Below are positions 12,968 to 24,484 of a DNA stretch of 64,000 nt, piece by piece; position 1 is the first letter of the stretch; the number at the start of each line of letters is the position of its first letter. Origin of the DNA: Gracilinanus agilis. Its lineage: Eukaryota. The position numbers were made by a program, and so were the translations under genes. The DNA lies in the NCBI RefSeq assembly GCF_016433145.1, contig NC_058135.1, positions 227,010,483 through 227,074,482 of the forward strand, in the 5' to 3' direction. Under the pieces are notes generated by a model. It was not told where the DNA came from and did not search any database. It saw only the letters and a program-made list of their open reading frames with translations.

Positions 12968-13085
12968 ACCTACACCGATGGGCTGTGTTCCTGTTGCTGC
13001 AGCTGGGGGGGAACATCCAGGACACAGAGATGGTCCTGGTAGACAGGACATTAACAGACATCTCGTTTCAGAGCAGTCTTCTTTT
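12968..13085 (+). CDS. RTKN: Rhotekin exon 5 (DLHRWAVFLLLQ...ISFQSSLL)
   Basis: CAG/GTGAG, 118 nt, open in the expected phase. Confidence 0.95.
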
Positions 13086-13242
13086 GTGAGTCCTTGAACC
13101 CTCCTCCTTCCCTACTGTCCAACCCACACCTGATCCCTGGCATGGGAGGGAGGTACAGTCCAGATCCCTGTAGAACAGCGCTTCTGGGGCCTCCCTCGAC
13201 TCCCTCCAGAGACCTTTGTCACGTCACCCCCATCTTTTGCAG

Positions 13243-13464
13243 TATGGAGGCAGGACCAGACTTTGAGCTGAGGCTGGAGTTGTACGGGGCCTGCGTGGAG
13301 GAGGAGGGAGCTCTGGCTGGGGCCCCCCGGAGACTGGCCAGCAAGCTCAGCAACTCTCTGGGAAGGTCCTCTGGAAGGCGAGTTCGGGCTTCACTGGAGA
13401 GCGCCGGGGGCTCTGGGAGTAGCAGTGCAGGGAATCCCATCCTGCTCCCCACCCCAGCTGTGGG
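13243..13464 (+). CDS. RTKN: Rhotekin exon 6
   Basis: CAG/GTAAG, 222 nt, EAGPDFELRLELYGAC...PTPAVG. Confidence 0.95.
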
Positions 13465-13859
13465 GTAAGACATCATCCTGTGCCCTGTGGCTCTCTCCAG
13501 TGGTCTCTGAGCCTCCTCACAGACTCACCGGGCTATAGTGGGGGAAGGCAAGAGACATGGGAGGCAAGGATAGCCATTCACACCTAAACATATGGCCCAG
13601 GACACATCTGGGTGATTAATAGCCAAGTGGGCCAGTGTGGTTTAGGAAGGCCTTGGAAGGAAAGGACTCTGGACTGGGCTTTTTAGTGACTGAAGAGATG
13701 CCTTAGACAGCCCTCAATGAAAACGTGAAAATATAAAATTAAAATGGGGGGGGGGAAGCCCCCAATGTCAGAGGAAGAGGAGTTGCTTCACCACGTGATC
13801 CTTTGACTTCCCTCCCAAGCCCATTCTTGTTCCCACCTGTTTCTTTGTCCCTCCCACAG

Positions 13860-13954
13860 AGGACCCCGATATCACCTCCTGGCCCAGACCACCCTGACTC
13901 TGGCGGCAGTACAGGATGGCTTCCGAACTCATGACCTCACCCTCACTAGTAACG
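13860..13954 (+). CDS. RTKN: Rhotekin exon 7 (GPRYHLLAQTTLTL...)
   Basis: CAG/GTGAG, 95 nt. Confidence 0.95.
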
Positions 13955-14063
13955 GTGAGTGAGTGAGGGTCAGTCGGGGTAAAGTCTGGTTCTGGATGGA
14001 GAGAAGAGGGGCTCAGTTAAAGGGTCGCCCTCCTCTTCCCCAACATCTCTCTGTTTTCCCCAG

Positions 14064-14170
14064 AGGAGAACCCAGCCTGGCTGCCTCTCTATGGCAGTGT
14101 GTGTTGTCGCCTGGCAGCTCAGCCCCTCTGCATGACTCAGCCCGTCATGAGTGGCACCCTCAGGGTGCAG
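14064..14170 (+). CDS. RTKN: Rhotekin exon 8 (EENPAWLPLYGSVCCRL...)
   Basis: CAG/GTGAG, 107 nt. Confidence 0.95.
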
Positions 14171-14488
14171 GTGAGGGTGGGGAGGGAACAAGGGTGGGGG
14201 GAGGAGGGCAAAGGGATGGTTATGAAGAGGAACTAAGAAGGAAGAGGCAGGGAATTGTTTCAGGAATAAAGGCTGGAAATGGAGGCATCCAGTGGGCTGT
14301 GGGGGATGAGAGGTGAAATGATAAGTGAGGGAGCCATCCTCTGGAATCCCAGCATTAGTGTGAGGGAGAAGCAGAGACAGAAGTGTTACTGAGAGGCACC
14401 AGGAGAAGGGGAGGAGTGGAGGAGCCAGGTGGGGTGGGAAGGATGGGGGTAGAAATTCACTTCTCCCTTTGGCTTGTTTGCCCTCTAG

Positions 14489-14620
14489 CATCAGGTCGGG
14501 GGCCAGCAGAGCTGGGGCCAGGTACATGGCATCCTGAAAGGAACCAACCTTTTCTGTTACCGCCATCCTGGGGAAGCCAACACTCAAGAAGATCCATTGT
14601 TCACCATTGCAATCAACAAG
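14489..14620 (+). CDS. RTKN: Rhotekin exon 9 (PH domain)
   Basis: TAG acceptor (alternative CAG 6 nt downstream possible), GT donor, VHGILKGTNLFCY. Confidence 0.9.
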
Positions 14621-15054
14621 GTGATGGGTCCTCCTGAGCCTCCTGGGGCCAGGGAACATCCTCTCCAGACCACTGGGGAACGTGGGCCTTGGACAGAAAG
14701 GGGGCTCCTACTTCTGCTACAGCTCTTAAAGATGAAAACAGCCTAGCACCGATCCCCTGAGAGATACACCATAGTTACAGACCACATGTGCCTGAACTGC
14801 CTCCACTCAAAACAACAACCCTGGAGGAGACAGCAGAGACTAATTAAGCTCACTGTTTGCTGTCCGCCAGGCTCCTCCAGTCTCAAATCCCCCCAAAACT
14901 TTTACTGTGTGATTTTGGTGCTTACTCTCCTGCCTGCCTCAACCTCAGCTTCTTTATCAATCCAGTGAACCAGATGACTTCCTGTGCAATAGGCTCTCTC
15001 CTTCCTCTGTTTAGAGGTCTCCCTCCTCCCTTCTCTTTTTGTCTTTGTTTCTGT

Positions 15055-15128
15055 CTATCTGTCTCTCTTTCACTCTGCCTGTCTGTCTGTCTGTCTGTCT
15101 CCCTCTCTCCCTCTCTCCCTCTCTCCTT
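15055..15128. repeat. (CTGT)n/(CT)n low-complexity tract
   Basis: Read directly. Confidence 0.8.
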
Positions 15129-15808
15129 GACCGACTGTCTCGAGCTGCTCTTACTCTCCTTTTGGCAGGTTTTCCTCCTTTCTTTCAGAACAGGGGTTCC
15201 GAAGGTGGCCCCTTTTGGCTGGCTGATGAAATCTGTTGACCCCTTTTCAGAATATCATTTCCAATGCAAAAATAAGTCACATAAGATTGCAAAATGAACC
15301 AATTATATTGAAATATGGTTACCAATCTATTTTTTAAAAACAAGGTCAAGGTTTGGAGATTTAGGACTTTAGAAGATATTCTCCTCAGTTCAATATCTCT
15401 CTCCCATTCTGTCCTATTTTTCCTAGTGTTTAACTTTATCCAGCTCTGCCTTTGGACTGTCACTTTCTGACCCTGAAAGCTGGGCCTCAGTTTCCTTATC
15501 TGTGAAATGAGGAGATGAAAGGGGGTTGGACTCGATGTTTGCTAAGATCCAGCTGTAGACCTGAGTCCTAAATTTCCTTGTTCCTCCCTTTCCCTGTCAG
15601 TCTTGTGTTGTCAGACATCTTCTCTTAGCCTCTGATCCAATCTGGTCTTCAGTTCCCATTTTCCAGAGAGGGAAATGCTAGTAGTTTTTACCACTTGGTA
15701 GGGCACTCCATGATGGGTTACCAAAAAGGAGGGGATGGGGAGACCACCAGGGAGGAGGAAGATGAATCTGGCACTTGGGCTGGACCTGAACCTTTCTCCT
15801 TTCTACAG

Positions 15809-15977
15809 GAGACTCGGGTCCGGGCTGGGGAGAAGGACCAGAGCCTGGGGGGACCTCTCACCCTCAGCATCAGTAACCGGTATGGGGGAGATGAAGTGAC
15901 TCACACATTGCAAATGGAGAGCCGGGGGGCCCTGCAACGCTGGATGGAGGCTTTATGGCAGCTCTTCTTTGACATGA
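15809..15977 (+). CDS. RTKN: Rhotekin exon 10
   Basis: CAG/GTAAGT, 169 nt, ETRVRAGE...LWQLFFDM. Confidence 0.95.
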
Positions 15978-16293
15978 GTAAGTGGGTGTAGAGCTGACTG
16001 AGCCCCCAAAGGTGTTCCAGGGGTGGGGTCTGCAATGCTCCTGGGGGCTCTCATTGGTTGGGGACAGGTCAGAGAGAACCCACAGAGCTCCAAAGGGCTC
16101 TTACTGGCAGGAGAGATTGCAGATAGTAGTCCTCTTGTAAGACTGGAGGGCAGCCCAGCAGGGTCCTGTTGGGCTGACGCCCGTCTCTGTCCAATGACTG
16201 GAAGGGGAGGTTTATTGGAGAGAAAAGCCAGGGTGAAGCTGAGGTGCCCAGCTGACCCACCATGACAAGTACTCTTTTTCTCCCTCCCCTTAG

Positions 16294-16398
16294 GCCAATG
16301 GAAACAGTGCTGCGATGAGCTCATGAAGATTGAAGTCCCTTCTCCACGAAAGCCACCTCCTGCACTGGCCAAGCAAGGCTCCCTCTACCATGAGATGG
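16294..16398 (+). CDS. RTKN: Rhotekin exon 11
   Basis: TAG/GTAAG, 105 nt, QWKQCCDELMKIE...LYHEM. Confidence 0.95.
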
Positions 16399-16885
16399 GT
16401 AAGGAAGACTCTGGGAAGAGGAGGGAGGTGGGTGCTCATGAATGGAGGCAGATAGAAAAGGGTCCCCAGGCTTGGGCACGTCATCTTTGAGCAGAAATGA
16501 CCTCCAGCTCACTTCTTCCTGTCTGGTCCACTCTCTTCTCTGACTTATTCACTTCAAGCTCAGCCCTGTTCTCAGACCCACTCACCTCCCCCCTATTGTC
16601 ACCTCTGTCCCTCTTCTCAGACCCACTTGCCTCCCCCTTCCACCCTGCCAGGTCTCACTTTCTCTTCCTCCTTCTGGACTCTTATCAGGCCTCTCTCCCT
16701 CTGCTCTTAGATACCCCCCAAAATAGTTCCTTCCTGTAGAGTTCTCCAGGCCTTTCCCTTCCTAATGCCTTCTTTTCTGTTTCCCCTTCTTCATGCTGGT
16801 CTCGTCTCCTGGGACCCCTTCCCTTCCTTTTCTTGGTCTCTCTGTGTCGTGCCATCTTCTCCCCCTGTCCCCCTCCCTCCCTCAG

Positions 16886-16982
16886 CCTTGGTCCCAGGGG
16901 GCCCAGGCGAGGGGCTACTGCTCCAGGATAATGCTGTATCAGCCGAGATCCGGGCTCTGCTCTCCTCCTATTACAGCGACAG
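16886..16982 (+). CDS. RTKN: Rhotekin candidate cassette exon (ALVPGGPGEGLLLQDNAVSAEIRALLSSYYSD)
   Basis: Long pyrimidine tract + CAG, GTGAC donor, open in the phase of exon 11; 97 nt shifts the frame of the last exon. Confidence 0.7.
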
Positions 16983-17099
16983 GTGACAGCTGGCCTGGTG
17001 GCTGGGAGGGGGTCGGAGGGGAGGGGGGCAACACAGAGCAAGTCTGGGGCTGAAGCTCTGATGTGTACCCCATCCTCAAATCCTCCCCTGGTGCTACAG

Positions 17100-17464
17100 C
17101 TATTGACCCTTTAGATGACATCGCGGCAGTGACGGACATCCTGGCGAAGCAGGAGGGCCCCCCTCTGGATGTTCCCCCACCCTGGCTGGCCTTATTTACA
17201 GAGAAGCTACCCTCCTCGAAGCATCCAATCCATGCACCCCGAAGCCCCTCTCCACCCCGTGCCTGCCCAGGCTCTCGAGCCACTCCCTGGGGCCGGCCCC
17301 GTACCCTCTCCCTGGACGCTGCTCCCCGAGGCCGCCCCCCACTTCCTCCCCGATCCAGCTCTAGTTCCAGCTCAGGCTCTGGAAGCCCTGCCCCCCGACA
17401 GCGGTCTCCTCCAGCCCGGGGTTTCCGGGCAAAAGCTCGGCCCTGGCTCCAGTCACCTGTGTGA
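17100..17464 (+). CDS. RTKN: Rhotekin last coding exon, ending WLQSPV* (PDZ-binding motif)
   Basis: CAG acceptor; AIDPLDDIAAVTDIL; joined 1a isoform = 1740 nt, 579 aa. Confidence 0.95.
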
Positions 17465-17844
17465 GGGGTTGAAGAAGGGGGTGCTACTGGAAACAAGGTA
17501 ATGCTAGAAGAGGAATTGCTTTCTGATGTCCCTCAAAGGAGTGGTGTCAGGGGACAGTCAGTGGTGCCACAGATGAGGGTTCTTGGGATGGCCAACTTGA
17601 TGCCTGGCTCTGCTGTGGTTTGAGTGAGAATGTAAACCCCTTCCCAACTGTGGTGCCACCACAAGGGGACCTTGTCCACAGCTGGCTGGTGGACTCGGGC
17701 CAACTCCTGAGAGAAAACTGGAACACCCCCCAGCCCAACTGCACTACCCTATCTTGGGCAAGAGTGAGGTGGGCAGCCCCTGAGGCTCTGGAGGGAGGGA
17801 GGGAGCTGTAATGCCAGAAAGGGTGCCTGCCCCTACACTCAATC

Positions 17845-17971
17845 ATTAAAGTCTATTTAATATCATGAAGTTAAGCTCTAGTGTCTTGGCTGCTGAGAAG
17901 GCAGGTAAATCGGACTGCACCCCTACTTTCTCTGTCTAAAGTCCTGTAGTCGCCACTTTAAAAAAATAAAC
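17845..17971. terminator. Poly(A) signal region for convergent RTKN (+ ATTAAA 17845, AATAAA 17966) and WDR54 (- ATTAAA 17861-17856)
   Basis: Hexamers read directly; usage inferred. Confidence 0.5.
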
Positions 17972-18185
17972 AAAGAAGGATTGAGAGGTCATGCCATACC
18001 TTTTATATATTCAACAGTGGGAGTCACTGCTTCATAAGTGTCAGATAGGAAGGGAAAGCCCCCTTCCCAGGAAGATCCCAGTACTATTTAGGGGCAGAAT
18101 CAGGGGGCGGATTCTCTTCTTCCCATCTCACAGCTTGTTGTCAGGCAGTCCTGGCTCTCTTCCTCTTCGTCCTCTCCCTCCTTGC

Positions 18186-18317
18186 TTACGCACAAGTGTA
18201 TCTTAGGATCTCGGCCAAGTCATAGCCAGTCACAGCAAAGGAAGAGCCTTTAGGATCACAGAATCGGGCTCCACACACTAGAGTATCAGTCACACATTCT
18301 GCATGGCAGTGTTCCAC
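18186..18317 (-). CDS. WDR54: WDR54 last coding exon (VEHCHAECV...ILRYTCA*)
   Basis: CAG acceptor, TAA stop; matches recalled WDR54 C-terminus. Confidence 0.93.
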   Translation of the reverse strand: MEHCHAECVTDTLVCGARFCDPKGSSFAVTGYDLAEILRYTCA

Positions 18318-18441
18318 CTGGGGGAAGGGGAGGAAGGATCAGGGTCCTGCTCTTGTGGAAGAGAGGAATTTTGTGCTCTCTGTGGGGATTGGAGCACTAA
18401 AATTGTTCCCAAATGTGACTCTGCCCAGGCTTGGTACAGAC

Positions 18442-18516
18442 CTCAATGCACCCACTGTCCGGATTTCTGCTTAGCTTCCAGATATGCACAAAGGAGTCTT
18501 CAGCCCCAGAGAGCAG
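18442..18516 (-). CDS. WDR54: WDR54 coding exon 8
   Basis: 75 nt, LLSGAEDSFVHIWKLSRNPDSGCIE. Confidence 0.93.
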
Positions 18517-18651
18517 CTGTAGGAGAGGGAAATGACATGAAAAACCCCAGTTTGTGCATACAAGGATTCCCTGTCAAATGCCTCCATCATGGTTTCCTAC
18601 TGAGAAACCTAGAAGATGGTCATTGACACCGTGAGGCTTAGACTGACTCAC

Positions 18652-18814
18652 CTTGCCCGCTTCAGGTGCCAAGTCAAGGGCACTGATACTACGGGCATGG
18701 GCGTTGATCTGGACGTGCAAGGCCCCCGAGCTGGCCTCAAAGATTCGGATCTGCCCATCCCCAAAACCAGCAGCTACAGAGCCTTGCCACAACTGGACTG
18801 AGGGGCAAGGAATC
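18652..18814 (-). CDS. WDR54: WDR54 coding exon 7
   Basis: 163 nt, IPCPSVQLWQG...HARSISALDLAPEAGK. Confidence 0.93.
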
Positions 18815-18902
18815 CTGTGGAGATAAAGGACACTGGGTTAGCCTCCCCAATTGACTTCCCATCTAAACCCTGACCCTTCTCCCCTTCTTGGATCTCCCAT
18901 AC

Positions 18903-19003
18903 CCAAATCCTGAGATTCGGGTCAGCAGCTTAAATTCCGGCCCTGACTTCCAGACGCACAGAAGGCCTGAGTCATCCGCTGTCACCACATCAGCTACACA
19001 ATC
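18903..19003 (-). CDS. WDR54: WDR54 coding exon 6
   Basis: 101 nt, DCVADVVTADDSGLLCVWKSG. Confidence 0.93.
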
Positions 19004-20224
19004 CTGAGGGAAGAGAGACAGTAGGTCATCTCCCTAAGACCACCTCCCATGAGTCCTATACTCTGTTAGAGCCAAGGGAGCATTTGTCAGCCACTGCCCT
19101 TTGGTAGACTGGGGTCTGGAACTTAGAATAAAGATGGACAGCAGTACCGATAGCCAATCTTCTAGCTAGAGCTCCTCTCAGCCAGACTCCTGGCAGCAAA
19201 ACCTGCCTGCTCAGCTAGAATTTCACTGGGTGCTTATAACACCCTCAAAGGGGGTATCATCGTCCCTTTTGGAGACTAAGGCTGAGGCACAGAGAAAGGA
19301 AATTATTTAAAGAGGTCCTTGAGATGAGGACCCAGGTTTCTGAAATTTAGTCAAGCAATTTAAAAGTCTTTATTGAGCTCTAAGTTCCTGTCCTCACAAG
19401 ATATTGGCGTTCTGCACCTTTGTTATGTGTCATGGATTCATGGAAGAGTCGGTGAAACCTTATGGGTTCCTTCTCAGAATAATATTTCAAATGCATAAAA
19501 GAGGATTACTAAAGAAATCAATGATACTGAAATATGGTTAGCAAGTTATTTTTATAAAAATTTCATAAACCTCCAGGTTCAGAACCCATGCACTATATTA
19601 AGAAACAAGGGTGTCATATAATAAGGTGCTGTTGTGTAATGCCAACAGTAAAAAATAGCCATTTGTAGGAGAGATTGAATAAAGTATATTATTAAACAAT
19701 GCAAATTCTTATGGGAAGGCAAGATGAGAGAGGTGAGACATGAACTGGGCCATCATCCTTCAACAGGAAGGTTTTGGAGAAGAGAGAGGAAAGATCATGG
19801 AATAATAGAATTAGAAGAGAATTTAAATCTAGCCCAATCCACTTTACATTTGAGGCAACAGAAACCCAACCTAGACTGAGAAGTGACCTGTCTGAGGTCC
19901 CTCAATTAAGAAACTGTTAGGCCATAAGCAGAATCAAGGTCTCCTGAAGTCTTATTCAGGGATCTTTTCATGGAGAGGAAATGTGGCCTTGTACTGGATT
20001 TAGTCAACAAGACCTGGGTTCAAATCCTATCTTGGACATTTTCTAGGTGACGATGAGCTATCTTTCTGTGCCTGTTTTCTCATATGTTAAAAAAAAGGAG
20101 ATGGCACTCATTGTCCTCCAAAGTCCATCCCAGCTATGATCCTCTGATCATCTTGCTGGACTGGGCTATTGGGGAATGAGAAGTTCTTTCCCCACTTCCC
20201 TCCCTGTACAGAAGGATTCCTTAC

Positions 20225-20352
20225 CTGTCCCTGAGCAGGCTCAGCTGCAATGTCTGTCACTGGCATCCGGTGTTCATTCAGCTCCTCACTCAGCATAATG
20301 TTGGGTCCTTTGGCTGGCACATCAAACACCAGTACCCGGCCAGACCACGTCC
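20225..20352 (-). CDS. WDR54: WDR54 coding exon 5
   Basis: 128 nt, TWSGRVLVFDVPAKGPNI...AQGQ. Confidence 0.93.
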
Positions 20353-20502
20353 CTGTGGCCAGGGCCATGGTGGGCCTCAATGGCTGTCTCCAGTCACATA
20401 TCTTACTCCCCATCCCAGCCAGGCTCCTTCATCCCAATATTCTCTCCAATACTCCCACCCAGCCAAGACCCCTTACACATCACCTCCCCACAACCTCCTC
20501 AC

Positions 20503-20556
20503 CCACACAGATGTAGTGGCCACTGGCAGCAATTCCTCGGGCAAACAGGGCCTGCG
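20503..20556 (-). CDS. WDR54: WDR54 coding exon 4
   Basis: 54 nt, QALFARGIAASGHYICV. Confidence 0.92.
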
Positions 20557-20663
20557 CTAAGATAGGAGGATCATCAAATGCCCCAAAGAAGCCCAGTCTT
20601 TGCCTCCCTCCCAATTCTCCTCTTCTGCCTAAATTTCCCACCCCATTGCCTGCCCTGCAGTAC

Positions 20664-20730
20664 CTGGGAGGGCATCACTAGAATCCAGAGCATGCCAGTA
20701 AACCATGACAGAACCATCTGACTCATATAT
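20664..20730 (-). CDS. WDR54: WDR54 coding exon 3
   Basis: 67 nt, IYESDGSVMVYWHALDSSDALP. Confidence 0.92.
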
Positions 20731-20944
20731 CTGCAAGGGAGGAACAGTAGAGGTGGAACTAAGTTGTGGGAATAGATAAATACATTAAACCATAGCTGTG
20801 GGGAAGGTAGGGAGAACCCTACTGGGGATGTCAGCCTGTAGGTATGTGGAATGGGATGTCCTCGTGCAGAAATGCAGGGTCAAATACAAGGGAAAGGATG
20901 GAGGAGAGGGACCTAGGGACAGAAATGCCCTTTTTCTTGTTTAC

Positions 20945-21007
20945 CTGTATGCCTCTCTGTGAAGTCAATACTAGTAACACCCGGAAAGGCAGGACACACC
21001 AGTAGGC
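20945..21007 (-). CDS. WDR54: WDR54 coding exon 2
   Basis: 63 nt, AYWCVLPFRVLLVLTSQRGIQ. Confidence 0.93.
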
Positions 21008-21223
21008 CTGAGAAGAAGTCAATGTAGGAGTCAGAAAAGGAAAAATGCACAAGGAACTGTGGCATTAGTGGGGGTTTAGAAGAAACATTAACAGAATCAA
21101 CAGACACAATAGCATGGGGTAGAAATCAGGAGAGGCAGAGGGACCTGCCAGCATCAGGTCCTACCCTTAAAAGAACCTTCCTCTTAGGATGGTCCAGCTT
21201 CTTCCCTGGGTCAGATAACTCAC

Positions 21224-21445
21224 CTGGGTGATAAGAGGAAGGTTCAGCCCAGCCCCTTCTTTAGCGTGGAGCAGACGATGGGACAGAGGAAGGCCATTGG
21301 GGACTGCACTGAGGAGTTCACAATTGGACCCATGGACCAAAGCAAACTGGGCCAATCCTGAGGCTGGCAGGGGCAGCACACAGAGGTTGTTGTACAGGGC
21401 TGCAGGGCAGGACCGGAGAAGCAAAGGCCGTTCCCTGCGGTACAT
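21224..21445 (-). CDS. WDR54: WDR54 first coding exon (MYRRERPLLL...LITQ)
   Basis: CAG|G ATG acceptor; nine exons sum to 1005 nt = 334 aa, same length as recalled human WDR54. Confidence 0.93.
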
Positions 21446-21974
21446 CCTGGGGCAGAAATACTCAGAGGTTGAGAGGGAGCTAGGACAAGGTGAATGGACA
21501 CTGGAGAGATACTAGAAGGTCAGAGAAGTTTTTAAGGAAACCATGAAGATTCACAAGTCTGGAGGTCAGGAAATACACAGGACATCAAACAGTGGGTATT
21601 GGGATGGCAGTAGAGGGGGAAAATAGGCATTTATATAGCCCCAGAGCTATGCTTTACAGATATTTCATTTGATCCTCCTGGGAGGTAGGTGCTGCTGTTA
21701 TTTCCATTTTATAGTTGAGGAAACTGAGGCAGACAATGGATATGTGATTTGTCCACAGCTAATAATCCTCTGAGGATGGATTTGAATTTCAGGTCATGTT
21801 GACACCAAGCCCAGAACTCTGTCCACTACACTACAAACCTGGGGGGGGGGGTGATAAGGATGAGGGAGATGGGGATGAGAATACCTGGAGGAGAGACCTG
21901 GAACTGAGAGTTAAGTGGTCTACAGGGGTGGGGGGTTAGGGTGCAGGGAGGGGGTTGGGGGGGGTGAGGATGTG

Positions 21975-22155
21975 TGGCTCAGTGGATGGAGAGCAGGGTT
22001 GGAGCCAAGAGGATCTGGCTTCAAATCTGGCCTCAGATACTTCCTAGCTGTGTAACCCTGAGCAAATCACTCAACTTCCATAACTTAGTGCTCTTCTACC
22101 CTAGTACGGATACTTAGTATTGATTCTAAGATAGAAGGTATAGTTTTTTTTTTTT
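21975..22155 (+). mobile_element. Marsupial tRNA-headed SINE, diverged
   Basis: GTGGCTCAGTGGA A-box, TTCAAATCTGGCCTCAGA, ATTGATTCTAAGA tail. Confidence 0.65.
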
Positions 22156-22299
22156 AAAGAGGTCATCTTGGGGTGTGGCAATGGTGGGGCTCTCTGGAAT
22201 TAAGGAGAAATGCACCAGGAGTCAGGAAGCACAGGAGGGTCAGTATGGGTTATTCCTTGGACGGGGGTGTTTAATGACCAGATAGATGCCTGAGCTCCA

Positions 22300-23110
22300 G
22301 GGGGCAGTGTCCTGAGGGGTCCCCGGGCGCACCGGCCCCTCCCCACCCCCAACCCGGGGGGTGAGTGGTGGGAAAGGGGATGAAGAGGCAGAAGGACACA
22401 CATCTAGCCCTACAGGTGGGAGGTGCGAGGTCGCGGAGGGACACAGGTCGGGCTCACACTTGCACAGGAGGACCGCTGAGGGACACCGAGGCTCGAGGGT
22501 CTCACGCTGCCACAGCACCGGCGCTGGTGTACCTTCAACACACGGGGGTCGGGGCTACAGGAAGACGAGGGAGCAGGAGCCTGAATCAGACGAGAGGAAG
22601 GGGAAGCGGAGAGGGCAAATCAGGGCCCAGACCCCTCCCACCAGAACCCGGTTCCTTCCCCGCCTCTTCTGCCCTGGTTAGACGTCCCTTCCAGACCTCC
22701 CCGCGCCCCCCTTCCGCGGCACCGCGCCTCACTCTGCCTGTCAGTCCCCGCATCCGCCGCCACCATGGAGACGACGCACGGGGCGCCGCAGTGGCGCCTT
22801 ACGTCACACGCTGGGCAAGGCGCCGCGGGGGCGGGGAGGGGCGGGTCTGTATCTGGCACCGCCCACGGTTGCCTAGGTGACCGTTAGGGAGTGTTGGGGT
22901 AGCTAATATCTGGGTGGGGACTGAGGCAGAGGCTGGACCTGGAGCTTCCGAGCCACCAGACTCCGGCGGCTTGCAACTATGGCGCATGAAGGCACGGTGA
23001 GCAATTCCGGCTTCCGGGAAGTTAGGAACCATCTCGGGCTTTCCGGCGCGGGGGGGTTGGGGGGGGCGTTCACATCTTCCGCACTCTCGGAACGGCTCCT
23101 TCTCCCTGCC
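22300..23110. promoter_or_regulatory. CpG island / bidirectional promoter WDR54 (-) and C2orf81 (+)
   Basis: Dense CpG, GC boxes at 22827-22845, TTACGTCA at 22799, X-box-like GTTGCCTAGGTGAC at 22868-22881; genes diverge from here. Confidence 0.75.
22979..22996 (+). CDS. C2orf81: C2orf81 orthologue exon 1 (MAHEGT)
   Basis: Matches recalled human MAHEGS start; GTGAG donor, phase 0. Confidence 0.85.
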
Positions 23111-23408
23111 TGGTCTCGATCTCAATAAGTATAACAAGTACTACAAGTAATAACAGTAGGAAGGGATAATAGAGGTGATCCAAACCAATCATCTCCTCCA
23201 TTGATGAACGATAAGCTGGGGCTTGCCCAAGGCTACCCCGTTATAACACAAAGCCCAGGGTACAGGGCTCAGGATAGATCGGAATGGTGAGAAACCCTCA
23301 GTTAGGACACCTCTAGTAACTACCCACTAGACAGTCTGTTTCTGAGGACCAAATGAGGTAATGGGGATTATAAAGCTCTACCAAAATGCTAGCTATTACT
23401 ATTATTAG

Positions 23409-23921
<513 letters not shown>

Positions 23922-24002
23922 TGAGCTCAAGTCATTTGACTTCCATGTCCATTTTTTAACTATACTCTTATTCCTATCTCCTCACTCTCCCAAGCCCAGT
24001 AA

Positions 24003-24383
<381 letters not shown>

Positions 24384-24484
24384 TAAATCCCTTCCCAGAC
24401 TACCTCTTTGATGTTTAAATGAATAGCCCAGCCCTCCCCCCGCCCCCATAGCCCTCATTCTCCTGTTTCCTCCACTCCCCCCAG

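Noticed and set aside
13970-14659. 229-aa minus ORF
   Set aside because: Antisense to RTKN exons 8-9 and purine-rich introns; no coding hallmarks.
21925-21964. G-quadruplex-capable G runs in WDR54 intron 1
   Set aside because: Common low-complexity sequence beside SINEs; no further support.
23012-23020. TTCCGGGAA STAT/ETS-like site in C2orf81 intron 1
   Set aside because: A single 9-mer in a CpG island is weak evidence.
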